Shown here piece after piece: positions 55,783 to 64,000 of a DNA stretch of 64,000 bases. This stretch comes from an uncultured Acidobacteriota bacterium (lineage in GTDB: Bacteria > Acidobacteriota > Thermoanaerobaculia > Multivoradales > UBA5704): NCBI GenBank assembly GCA_963700145.1, contig OY969474.1, positions 1,152,001 through 1,216,000 on the forward strand. The letters are read 5' to 3'. Position numbers and translations under genes: made by a program. The notes beneath the pieces are model-generated. The model saw nothing but the letters and a program-made list of their open reading frames with translations. It ran no database searches and was not told the DNA's origin. The stretch's first letter is position 1. Each line of letters begins with the position of its first letter.

Positions 55783-57222
55783 TCAGACGATTCCGCGCTG
55801 GCGAAGGAAGGCCTGGATGTGATCGGGGCTGACCGCCTTGTTGCCGGCGCCCACCGGCTCCTGGAACTCCACCCGGATGCCCAAGATGTTTCCCCATCGG
55901 CTCACGAGCGGCTGCTGCGAAACGACGCCGATCAGCTCCCCTTTCTCGTTGACCAGCGCGCCGCCGCTGTTGCCTTGGGTCACAGAGGCGTCGAAGAGGA
56001 CATAGGCGGACTCGCTCGAGCCGGTGAGCGGCTGCGACACCGTTCCCACCACAAAGGTGGGCGTGATTTCCTTGACTTCGGTCCACTTCTCCCCGAAGCC
56101 GCTGACGTTCTTCAGGAGCATCGGCCGCTCCCCCAGTTGAGCCGGGTATCCCACCACGGCGATCCGGTCGGTCACGTTGACCTGGCGGTTCGAGGTCGCG
56201 ATCGGCACCACCGGGGCACTCGTAGGATGGATCTGGAGCAGCGCCAGGTCCCGGTCCTCCGCCAGCGCCACGACGGTCGCGTTGACCGGCCGCTGCCCGG
56301 CGAACTGCACCTGCAGGAGCTCGCACTCGGCGGTGGCAAAGCCCTGCTTCTGCCAATCAGACCAGTCCGCGATGGCGACGGTCCAGGGTTGGACCACGTG
56401 CTTGGCGGTCAGGATCAGGCCCGGCTTGATGACGACTCCGGAGCCGGTCGCCGGTCCGCCGAACTCCCCCGTCGGAGCGACCGCAGAGGGGTGCGGCACC
56501 CGGATGCGGTAGAAACAGTGGACTTCCGGCACCGCCGGGCTCACCCTCTTCTCGATGTCTGACCAGAGAGTCTTCTCCTTTTGCATCGCCGCCTGCTGTT
56601 CGCGCAGCTTCCCCTCAAGCGCCGCCTTTTCGGCTCCCGCACGTCGCTGGTTCCACCACATCGCGCCGCCGATGCCGCCGCCGGCGAGCAGCAGCACGAG
56701 CGCGAGCCCGACGCCGAGCCATAGGCCGGTGCTCTTCTTCGCCTTCGTCACCTCCCCCACCATGGCATCGCGCTCTTCCTGCCTGGCACGATCGATCTCG
56801 CGCAGCATCGTCGCGCGGCCGACCGCTTCCTTCGGCGCGGCGGCGGCGCCGGTGGCCGCGAGCGAGGGGCCCGGCGCCGCGGCGGCCGGCGCGGGCTCCA
56901 CGGTGACCTGTAGCTCGGGCCCTTCCCGTGCAAGACGCACGCGCGAGCCGTCGGGGACGGCGACCTTTTGAAAGGGCGGGCACTGCGCTCCGTTGACGAA
57001 GGTGCCGTTGGAGCTGCGCTTGTCCTCGATGACGAGGCGGCCGTTCTGCAGGCTCAGCTCGGCATGGTGAGTGCTGACGCTGTCGTCCGCCGTGTCGCTG
57101 AACTTGAGGTCGCTCTCCGGCGCGCGGCCCAAACGGAGCACCTGCCCTTCCTGTAGCGCGACGCGCTGGCTCTTGCCGGAAAGGGACCCCGTGAGGTGCC
57201 GGATGGTGAGGATCATGGACAT
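55783..57222 (-). CDS. FHA domain - TM - trypsin-like serine protease
   Basis: LGR...VSTHHA...SSNGTFVNG; TM; TAKH, DLALL, GNSGG. Confidence 0.9.
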   Translation of the reverse strand: MSMILTIRHLTGSLSGKSQRVALQEGQVLRLGRAPESDLKFSDTADDSVSTHHAELSLQNGRLVIEDKRSSNGTFVNGAQCPPFQKVAVPDGSRVRLAREGPELQVTVEPAPAAAAPGPSLAATGAAAAPKEAVGRATMLREIDRARQEERDAMVGEVTKAKKSTGLWLGVGLALVLLLAGGGIGGAMWWNQRRAGAEKAALEGKLREQQAAMQKEKTLWSDIEKRVSPAVPEVHCFYRIRVPHPSAVAPTGEFGGPATGSGVVIKPGLILTAKHVVQPWTVAIADWSDWQKQGFATAECELLQVQFAGQRPVNATVVALAEDRDLALLQIHPTSAPVVPIATSNRQVNVTDRIAVVGYPAQLGERPMLLKNVSGFGEKWTEVKEITPTFVVGTVSQPLTGSSESAYVLFDASVTQGNSGGALVNEKGELIGVVSQQPLVSRWGNILGIRVEFQEPVGAGNKAVSPDHIQAFLRQRGIV

Positions 57223-57251
57223 GGTCTCTGCCCCTTTTTCTGGTGGTGCGG

Positions 57252-58118
57252 TCAAACGATCTCCGGCCCGGCGTCCGCAACTACCCGCTCCGAGCCCTCC
57301 TGCGGATCGACGATCAGGAACAACAGCTCGGTCGCGCCGACGCGGATCCGGTCGCGGTCGCGGAGCGGCACGCTGCCGTTGGCCGGCACCTCGCGCCCGT
57401 TGACCCAGGTGCCGTTGGTGGAGAGGCGGTCGGCGAGGTGGAACGTTCCGCCGCGGTGCAGAAGCACCGCGTGCTCCCGCGAGATCTCGGGGTCGCCGCC
57501 GATGACGATGTCATTCCCGCGACCGGTGCCGACGGCGTTCTTTCCGGCGCGTACAGGGAACACGGCGCCAGCCGCGCCGAGACCCGGCGCTGCGAGGACG
57601 GCGACGAGTCTGCCCGTCCCCGCCGGCCCGGCCACCGCGACCGATGGCTGCGGAGCACCGGCACCGATCGAGGCCGGAATCGAAGAGGGCGACGCATCCG
57701 GCTGCAAGACCGTCCGGCCGCGCGACGGGGCCTCCGGTGGCTCGAGCCGCGTGGGTGCGGGGCCGCGTTGCGCGGGCTCCGCCCTCGCGGCGTCCCCTTC
57801 GAGTCGGGTGTGGCGACCCTCTGCGCTCGTGACCACGTCTTCAGGCTCGAGGCGGGTCGGCTTCGACGAAGGCTCTCCAGGCGCCCTGCCGCTGGCCGCC
57901 TGGCGTTCGCAATAGGGGCAGGTCTTCCACGAAGGGTCGATCGGATGTCCCTCTGGACAACGCACCGAATTCGTCGCAGCGGCTCCTGTCCTCACCGCAA
58001 CGTGCAACGTCGTTCCGCAAGCCAGGCAAACTGTTTCGGTCACCGGATTCAACGTCTGGCAGCCAGAGCACTCGATCACGACATTCTCCCCGTCGAGTTG
58101 GCCGACCCAACTACTCAC
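57252..58118 (-). CDS. Zinc-ribbon plus FHA domain protein
   Basis: CSGC/CLAC, CPEGH/CPYC; ISREHA...STNGTWVNG. Confidence 0.88.
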   Translation of the reverse strand: MSSWVGQLDGENVVIECSGCQTLNPVTETVCLACGTTLHVAVRTGAAATNSVRCPEGHPIDPSWKTCPYCERQAASGRAPGEPSSKPTRLEPEDVVTSAEGRHTRLEGDAARAEPAQRGPAPTRLEPPEAPSRGRTVLQPDASPSSIPASIGAGAPQPSVAVAGPAGTGRLVAVLAAPGLGAAGAVFPVRAGKNAVGTGRGNDIVIGGDPEISREHAVLLHRGGTFHLADRLSTNGTWVNGREVPANGSVPLRDRDRIRVGATELLFLIVDPQEGSERVVADAGPEIV

Positions 58119-58875
58119 AGATCCTGGTGCTTCGAGGCCCGGGCCGGCTCGAGATCACGCGAATACAGCCAATGGTGATGTTGTCCTGGCTCTGCCCATC
58201 GAGCGCAGCGCGCAGGAGGTTGTGACACACTTCCGCTGCCGAACCCGAGCGCTCGATAACCTGAGCGATCACCTCATCGGGCACGGCGCCATGAAGACCG
58301 TCGGAGCAAAGCAAGACAACATCGTCAGCGTCGAGAGGCGCGGCTGCCCCGACCTCCACCTCGAGGGCTCCTGCCTGTCCGAGGGCGCGCTGAATCACGT
58401 GATTGTCGGGGTGACCGAATGCCTCGTCCTCTCGCAGCAGACCGTCGCGGACCATTTGGGCGACCAGGGAGTGATCGGCAGTCAGGCGGTAAAGAGAACG
58501 GCCGCGGCAGAGGTAGACCCGGCTGTCGCCCACGTGGGCGATGTGAAGGACGGGGCTCGGCGACACTTCGTCGACGACCACTAGAGCGGCGGTCGCTCCC
58601 ATCGGAGATGGCCCCGTCTCCACGTGGGCCCGGGAGGCCTCGACGACCGCTGTATGCGCCGCATCCACAGCCTCCCGCAAGGCGGCGTCCCAACCCTCGG
58701 CGCTGCGAGTGCGAATCGACTCGAGGCAAACCCGCACCACGATCTCGGCCGCTTCTCGCCCCGCGACGTGACCTCCCATGCCATCCGAGACGACGACCGC
58801 GAGCTCCCGTTCGCCGCGCCAGGCAACGCCCGCGTCCTGGTTTTCCTCGCGTGCCGGGCCGCACTCGGAGATCAC
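58111..58875 (-). CDS. PP2C/PrpC-family Ser/Thr phosphatase
   Basis: REENQD, DGMGG, HVGDSR, DHS, CSDGL, DNIT. Confidence 0.92.
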   Translation of the reverse strand: MISECGPAREENQDAGVAWRGERELAVVVSDGMGGHVAGREAAEIVVRVCLESIRTRSAEGWDAALREAVDAAHTAVVEASRAHVETGPSPMGATAALVVVDEVSPSPVLHIAHVGDSRVYLCRGRSLYRLTADHSLVAQMVRDGLLREDEAFGHPDNHVIQRALGQAGALEVEVGAAAPLDADDVVLLCSDGLHGAVPDEVIAQVIERSGSAAEVCHNLLRAALDGQSQDNITIGCIRVISSRPGPRSTRICE

Positions 58876-59130
58876 CTGAACGTCGAGGGCGAACGTGGGC
58901 GGCGCAGGCGCCGCCTCGACGTTCGCCGCTCTCTCCAGCCGCGAGCTACTCCCTCGCCACCGCTGCTCCAGGTCGCCTCCTCAACGCCGCGCGCTGTTTT
59001 GACTCTCTCCAACAGCTTAAACTGACAGCTGAGCGATAGTCCAATCGAAAAGTTGCGATATCTAGAAGGAAAAGCGGTAGCAACGCCGCTCGCGCGGCGC
59101 TATCCAAGGCGGGCGCGGCGGGTGCCTAGC

Positions 59131-60003
59131 TCAGAACGGGAAGAGCCGGATCAGGTTGAAGCCGAGGCGCACGTCGTCCTCGGCGAAGCCCGGCGGGAAG
59201 TCGCTGCCCAGCATCTGATCGACGGTCGTGGCCCGCGAGTTGCCGAGGACGACCTCGAAGATGTGGCGGCCGACGTCGTGCGAGAAGCCGACGTGCCAGG
59301 CGGTGACGCTGTCGTCGAGGTCGCGGTTCGCCGGCACCACCTCCAGCTCGAGGAGGCGCCCGTGCGGCAGCGGCACGGTGAGGCCGACGGGCACGTTCAT
59401 GGCGTCGCTCAGCCGCGTCGTCTCGCCCACCCAGGAGGGGGCGACGAGGAGGTTCACGCCGCGGCCGAAGCGGCGGACGACGATGAGCTGGGCGAAGGGG
59501 CGCGTGGGGTCGGCGACCCCTTCGCGCTCCAGCCGGTCCACCCCGGCGCGCACGGCGACCGAGAGCGGCACCCGCCGCTTCTGCTCGAAGAGCAGGAGCT
59601 TGCCGAAGACCTCGTAGTCTTCCTGGAACGACGAGCGGTAGAGCCCGAGGTCGAGCCGGCGGGCGAGGCCGAAGGTCATGCCGATGCCGACGTCGGCGGC
59701 GCCGTCGAGGCCCCAGAGGTCGTGCGAGCTGCCGTCCTGCACCGTCTGCTGGAAGCGGTGGGTGAAGAGCAACTCCCACATCCGCGCCCCGACCGGGAAG
59801 GGAGTGGCGGTGTCGATCAGGCGGGTGCCGAGCGGATCGCGCTCGGTTGTCTCCTCGGTGGGCTCCTCGGCGAGCTCTTCGGCCGGCGCCGCCGGCTCCT
59901 GCGGCGCCGCTTCCTCCTGTGCCGGGGCCGGACCGGCGAGCAGGGCGGCGAGCAGGGCGGCGAGGAGGCAGGAGCGGCAGGTCGCGACGCGGGCGTCAGT
60001 CAT
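59131..60003 (-). CDS. Outer-membrane beta-barrel protein (DUF5777-like)
   Basis: Signal peptide; FTHRF, LWGLD, GRHIF..VLGN, terminal LGFNLIRLF. Confidence 0.7.
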   Translation of the reverse strand: MTDARVATCRSCLLAALLAALLAGPAPAQEEAAPQEPAAPAEELAEEPTEETTERDPLGTRLIDTATPFPVGARMWELLFTHRFQQTVQDGSSHDLWGLDGAADVGIGMTFGLARRLDLGLYRSSFQEDYEVFGKLLLFEQKRRVPLSVAVRAGVDRLEREGVADPTRPFAQLIVVRRFGRGVNLLVAPSWVGETTRLSDAMNVPVGLTVPLPHGRLLELEVVPANRDLDDSVTAWHVGFSHDVGRHIFEVVLGNSRATTVDQMLGSDFPPGFAEDDVRLGFNLIRLFPF

Positions 60004-60421
60004 TCAGCGCTCCCTCCCGGATCCACCCGGCGATGCCGGCGATCTGCTCCGCCGTCAGGTACGGCGGCCCGTCCTGCGGCATGCGGTCGCCGGTGATGTC
60101 GGGGTCGCCGCGCAGCTTCTTGATGATGTAGCTGCGCTCCGGATCGCCTGGCGTCACCCGCGGCAGCGCGCTGCCCAGCGAGGTGTGGTTGACCAGCAGG
60201 CCGTAGCTCTGGCCGGCCGCCAACACCAGGCCGTTCTGCGCCGTCGCCGGGTCGTGGCAGCCGGCCTTCGAGCAGATCGGCGTGAAGATGTTGATCTGGA
60301 TCTGCGAGAAGGTGAAGGCCGGGCCTTCGGGCCCCTCCACCGGCTCGGTCGGGCTCTTGACCGTGCCGCAGGCGGCGAGCGCCAGGGCCAGGACGGCGGC
60401 GGCCGGCAGCGCCCCCCGCAC
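59996..60421 (-). CDS. Lipoprotein with cytochrome c-like CxxxxCH motif
   Basis: Lipobox LAAC; IFTPICSKAGCH; PGDPERS..; RMP; WIREGA. Confidence 0.8.
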   Translation of the reverse strand: MRGALPAAAVLALALAACGTVKSPTEPVEGPEGPAFTFSQIQINIFTPICSKAGCHDPATAQNGLVLAAGQSYGLLVNHTSLGSALPRVTPGDPERSYIIKKLRGDPDITGDRMPQDGPPYLTAEQIAGIAGWIREGALND

Positions 60422-60861
60422 TAGTACCCGGGCCCCGGCGGGGGCGCGTCGGAGCCGACGCGCACCGAGCCGCGCATGCTGCAGCAGTCGGCGTGCGCCT
60501 GGCACCGATACTCGAAGGTCCGGCCGCTGTCGGCGGCGCTGAACGTGCGCCGGAAGGTCGCTCCCGGCGCCGTGAACACGGCGCCGCTGTCGAAGGCGCC
60601 GTTGAGCGCGGTCACGGTGTGGGTCGGGTCGCTGCCGCGCATCACCCAGGCGACCGTCTCGCCGGGCTGGATGACGATCTGTTTGGGCGAGAAGCTGTGC
60701 TCGCTCAGCTCGACGGTGACGGCCTGGGGGTTCGGGGCCGGCGGCGCGGTGGGTCCGCCTCCGCCGCCGCCACCGCCGCAAGCGAGAACGAGGCCGAGGG
60801 CGGCGGCCACTGAGGTCAGGAGGGCAAGCGCCGCGCGGTTGGAGAGTTTTCCTTGGAGCAT
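60421..60861 (-). CDS. Plastocyanin/cupredoxin-like lipoprotein
   Basis: Lipobox VLAC; FSP..GETVAW, HTVT, YRCQAH...SM (H,C,H,M ligands); AGGAGG RBS. Confidence 0.85.
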   Translation of the reverse strand: MLQGKLSNRAALALLTSVAAALGLVLACGGGGGGGGPTAPPAPNPQAVTVELSEHSFSPKQIVIQPGETVAWVMRGSDPTHTVTALNGAFDSGAVFTAPGATFRRTFSAADSGRTFEYRCQAHADCCSMRGSVRVGSDAPPPGPGY

Positions 60862-60888
60862 CGCGCACCTCCTTTTTTTGCGTCGCCC

Positions 60889-60917
60889 GTCAGTCCCGGC
60901 CGCTCGCGCCGGGGTTC
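60889..60917 (-). promoter_or_regulatory. Putative ECF promoter GAACC-N13-CCGGGACTGAC facing the cupredoxin operon
   Basis: Mirrors the plus-strand copy at 60934-60962. Confidence 0.6.
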
Positions 60918-60933
60918 ACGGCCCGGCGGCATC

Positions 60934-60962
60934 GAACCTTTTGCCCGCCAACCGGGACTCAC
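60934..60962 (+). promoter_or_regulatory. Putative autoregulated ECF promoter GAACC-N13-CCGGGACTCAC
   Basis: Directly upstream of the ECF sigma gene; same spacing as the divergent copy. Confidence 0.6.
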
Positions 60963-60988
60963 GCGCGAGAGGAGCTATGCTCGCCGCC

Positions 60989-61555
60989 ATGCCGGCGCAG
61001 GACGAACGCTCACTGCTGCAACGGGTTGCGGCGCGGGATCGCAAGGCCTTCGAGGCCCTCTACCACCTCTACTACCGCCGCCTCTTCGGCTACGTCTTCA
61101 AGCTGACGCGGCGGCCCGAGCTGGTCGAGGAAGTGGTCAATGACGTGCTGTTGGCCGTCTGGCAGGGAGCCGGGCGCTTCGACGGCCGCTCCCGCCCCTC
61201 GACCTGGGTCTTCGGCATCGCCTACCACAAGGCGCTCAAGGCCCTCGCCCGCGCCGGCGTGCGGGCCGGGGCGGTCGAGGAGGAGCGGGTGGCGGCGGAG
61301 CCGGTCGACCCCGAGGGGCCGGAGAGCCTGATGGCGCGGCGGGAGCTGCAGAGCGTGCTCGGACGGGCGCTCGCCACCCTCTCGCCGGAGCAGCGGGCGG
61401 TGGTCGAGATGACCTACGTCTACGGCTGCTCGTACCAGGAGATCGCGGCGGCGATCGGCTGTCCGGTGAACACCGTCAAGACGCGGATGTTCCACGCCCG
61501 CCGGAAGCTGCGCGACCTGTTGCCCGGGCTCGGCGTCAGCAGCCACGGCGGCTAG
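60989..61555 (+). CDS. ECF RNA polymerase sigma factor
   Basis: AFEALY, EEVVNDV...F.G..S..STWVFGIA, SYQEIA...PVNTVKTRMFHAR; alternative start 60977. Confidence 0.92.
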   Translation: MPAQDERSLLQRVAARDRKAFEALYHLYYRRLFGYVFKLTRRPELVEEVVNDVLLAVWQGAGRFDGRSRPSTWVFGIAYHKALKALARAGVRAGAVEEERVAAEPVDPEGPESLMARRELQSVLGRALATLSPEQRAVVEMTYVYGCSYQEIAAAIGCPVNTVKTRMFHARRKLRDLLPGLGVSSHGG

Positions 61556-61578
61556 GGCGAGGCGGAGGGGGACACACG

Positions 61579-62280
61579 ATGGGACACGAGGCGCGCGGGC
61601 ACGAGGAGCTGGAGCTGCTCCTCCCCTGGTACGTCAACGGCACGCTGGAAGCGGCCGAGCGGGCGGCGCTGGACGACCATCTCGCCGGCTGCGCCCGCTG
61701 CCGCGCCGAGCTGGCGCGCGAGGAGGGGCTGGCCGCCACTCTGCGCGCGACCGAGGACGTCGCCCCGGCGCCCCACCCGGCGCAGCTCGCCCGCCTGATG
61801 GGCCGCCTCGACGGCGAGCCGCGCGCCGAGCGGCTGCCGCGACTCGCCGCGCTCTGGGCCGGCACCCCGCGGCCGGTGCGCTGGGCCGTCGCGGCGCAGG
61901 CGCTCCTCGTCCTCGCTCTTGCCGCCGTGACCGGCTGGCGGGCCGGCGGCGCGGACCCCGCGCGCGAGACCGCCGCGGTGCAGACGCCCGCCGCCGAGTT
62001 CCGCACCCTGTCCGACACCGCGCCCGAGGCGCCCGCCGCGGCGCCGGCCGGCGCGGTGCGCCTGCGCGTCCTCTTCGCCGAGGAAACCTCCGCCCGCGCG
62101 GTGCGCGCCATCCTCCTGTGCGTCGGCGGCCGCATCGTCGACGGCCCCTCGCCGCTCGGCGTCTACACCGTGGAGGTCCCGGCGGGCCCCGCCGCCGATC
62201 CGCTGGAGGTCGTCCTCGATCACCTCCGCGCCCAGCCGGAGGTCCGCTTCGCCGGGGAGGCGGCCGGCGGAGGGACGTAG
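61579..62280 (+). CDS. Zinc-finger (zf-HC2) anti-sigma factor with TM
   Basis: LLPWYVNGTL, HLAGCARC, TM, periplasmic domain. Confidence 0.88.
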   Translation: MGHEARGHEELELLLPWYVNGTLEAAERAALDDHLAGCARCRAELAREEGLAATLRATEDVAPAPHPAQLARLMGRLDGEPRAERLPRLAALWAGTPRPVRWAVAAQALLVLALAAVTGWRAGGADPARETAAVQTPAAEFRTLSDTAPEAPAAAPAGAVRLRVLFAEETSARAVRAILLCVGGRIVDGPSPLGVYTVEVPAGPAADPLEVVLDHLRAQPEVRFAGEAAGGGT

Positions 62281-63545
62281 TGCGCCGCCGCTCCCGCTCG
62301 GTCTCAGCGTCCGTCCCGGTGCTCGCCGCCCTCCTCGCCGCGGCGTGTGCCGGGGCGGGCGTGCCTGCCGCCGCCCCCGGCGGCGCCGCGCCCGGCGGCC
62401 GGGTCTCCGCCGACGATCGCCAGTTCAGCGGCCGGCAGGTCATGGTCACCCTGCCGCCGGGGCCGCCGCCGATCGTCGGCTGGATGGTCCGCTCGCTGGA
62501 GCAGAAGTACCACCTGCGCACCGTCTTCGCCTGGCCGCTCGCCTCGCTCGGCGGCGAGCACTGCATGGTCTTCGAGGTGCCGCGCGGCCAGAGCGTCGAG
62601 GCATTGGTGGCGGCGTTGGAGGCGGACCCGCAGGTGGGGACGGCACAGCCGATCCACGAGTTCGAGACCGCGGCGACCGGCTACAACGACCCCTACGCGC
62701 ACCTCCAGTACGGCGCCCAGACGCTCAACCTCGAGCAGGCGCACCGCATCGCCACCGGCAAGGGGGTGCGGGTGGCGGTCGTGGACACCGGCGTCGACGT
62801 CGACCACCCCGACCTGCGCGGGCGGATCGCGCGCGTCGGCAACTTCGTCGACCGCGGCGAGCGCAGCTTCACCTCCGACGCCCACGGCACCGCCGTCGCC
62901 GGGGTGATCGCGGCGCGCGCCAACAACGAGGTCGGGATCGTCGGGGTCGCCCCCGGCGCCGAGGTGCTGGCGCTCAAGGCCTGCTGGGAGCAGCCGCCCG
63001 GCTCGCGCCGCGGCGTCTGCAACAGCTACACGCTGGCCAAGGCGGTGGACTTCGCGATCGTCGAGAAGGCGCAGGTGTTGAACTTCAGCCTCGCCGGGCC
63101 GGTCGATCCGCTGCTCACCCGCCTGATCGCCCGCGCCGTCGAGCGCGGCGTCACGGTGGTGGCGGCGCAGGGGGACGGGCAGGGGCGGGGGTTCCCGGCT
63201 TCGCTCGACGGTGTCCTGGGGATCGCCGCCACCGACCCCGCCGGGGCGCTGCACGGCGGCGCGCCGGCGCGGCCGCGGCCGCTTTTCGCCGCCCCGGGGA
63301 TCGACATCCTGACCACCGCGCCGCGCAGCGCCTACGACTTCTTCAGCGGCAGCTCCTTCGCCGCGGCGCACGTCAGCGGCGTCGTGGCGCTGCTGCTCGA
63401 GAAGCAGCCCAAGCTCTCGCCGCGCGACATCGAACGCCTCTTCGCCGACACCGCCCACAAGGTCAACGGCGGCGGCGCGACGGCCGGCCTCATCGACGCC
63501 TGCGCGGCGCTGGCCAAGGCGACGGGAGCGACAGAGTGTCGTTAG
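62280..63545 (+). CDS. S8 subtilisin-like serine peptidase (probable lipoprotein)
   Basis: VDTGVD, HGTAVAG, SGSSFAAAHVSG; LAAAC near N-terminus. Confidence 0.92.
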   Translation: MRRRSRSVSASVPVLAALLAAACAGAGVPAAAPGGAAPGGRVSADDRQFSGRQVMVTLPPGPPPIVGWMVRSLEQKYHLRTVFAWPLASLGGEHCMVFEVPRGQSVEALVAALEADPQVGTAQPIHEFETAATGYNDPYAHLQYGAQTLNLEQAHRIATGKGVRVAVVDTGVDVDHPDLRGRIARVGNFVDRGERSFTSDAHGTAVAGVIAARANNEVGIVGVAPGAEVLALKACWEQPPGSRRGVCNSYTLAKAVDFAIVEKAQVLNFSLAGPVDPLLTRLIARAVERGVTVVAAQGDGQGRGFPASLDGVLGIAATDPAGALHGGAPARPRPLFAAPGIDILTTAPRSAYDFFSGSSFAAAHVSGVVALLLEKQPKLSPRDIERLFADTAHKVNGGGATAGLIDACAALAKATGATECR

Positions 63546-63622
63546 ACTGGCTGGATGCTCGGGGGAATCCCTAGGAACCACGATCTCGCTTGTCGCCGTG
63601 CTTGAGCTGCAGCTCGAGCCGC

Positions 63623-64000
63623 CTAGTGCTGGGCCTCGATCGACACCAACAGAACAAACAGAAGCAGGTTGTCTCCGCGGATTTGGAGATCAGTGAACTG
63701 CCGCGAGTCGAAAGCGGGCTCAAGCTTGTGGACTCCTTTGTTCAGTCGGCTGTAAACGGCCATAGCTGCACGAGCGTCGCTGATCGCAAACTGCCCACGT
63801 TGTCTGAGGTCAGCCCTCTCGAAGAGGAAAAGGATGCGAGCTTGCCATGTGGGCCGATTCTTGGGGTTCTGGTTCACGTAGTGCTCCGGGTCGCTCGTCC
63901 ATCCGCGGACCGCTTCATCGGGTGCCGCCAGCGGGAGAAGCTCGAGCAGAAGCTGCCGGCACGACGTGCAGTAGTGCCGCACGCGGTCAGGGTTGCTCGG
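63623..64000 (-). CDS. Putative pPIWI-associating nuclease-like (pP_pnuc_1-like) protein, 5'-truncated by window edge
   Basis: SNPDRVRH..TS.RQ...APDEAVR.W...RPT..ARI..L...LNKGVH; lower GC. Confidence 0.5.
   Translation of the reverse strand, partial: PSNPDRVRHYCTSCRQLLLELLPLAAPDEAVRGWTSDPEHYVNQNPKNRPTWQARILFLFERADLRQRGQFAISDARAAMAVYSRLNKGVHKLEPAFDSRQFTDLQIRGDNLLLFVLLVSIEAQH

Overview
Very GC-rich bacterial chromosomal window. Gene content is consistent with a diderm Acidobacteriota (Thermoanaerobaculia-like) genome, which is an inference. It holds about 60 supportable CDS, most other long ORFs in the track being GC-rich shadow frames. Housekeeping genes: hemW, hflX, lepA, ettA, pstS, hslO, larC, radC, cobB, speB and a complete glgE-treS/mak-malQ-glgB alpha-glucan operon. 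Accessory modules: a Cys-rich secreted protein; a multiheme-TPR/CRTAC1 pair; a sigma-54-promoted LPETG substrate plus sortase pair; a lower-GC island (~41.1-44.3 kb) with an HTH regulator, a secreted protein ending in an FrpC-like self-processing module (Cys-Pro where FrpC has Asp-Pro) and an exact 21-bp-period palindromic array; a PP2C/FHA/FHA-protease/two-kinase operon; an ECF sigma/anti-sigma/subtilase operon divergent from a cupredoxin-cytochrome-barrel operon, with mirrored promoter motifs; and a partial pPIWI-associated-nuclease-like gene at the right edge. No rRNA, tRNA, CRISPR-cas or transposase was recognised. All family calls come from motif recognition, not database searches.
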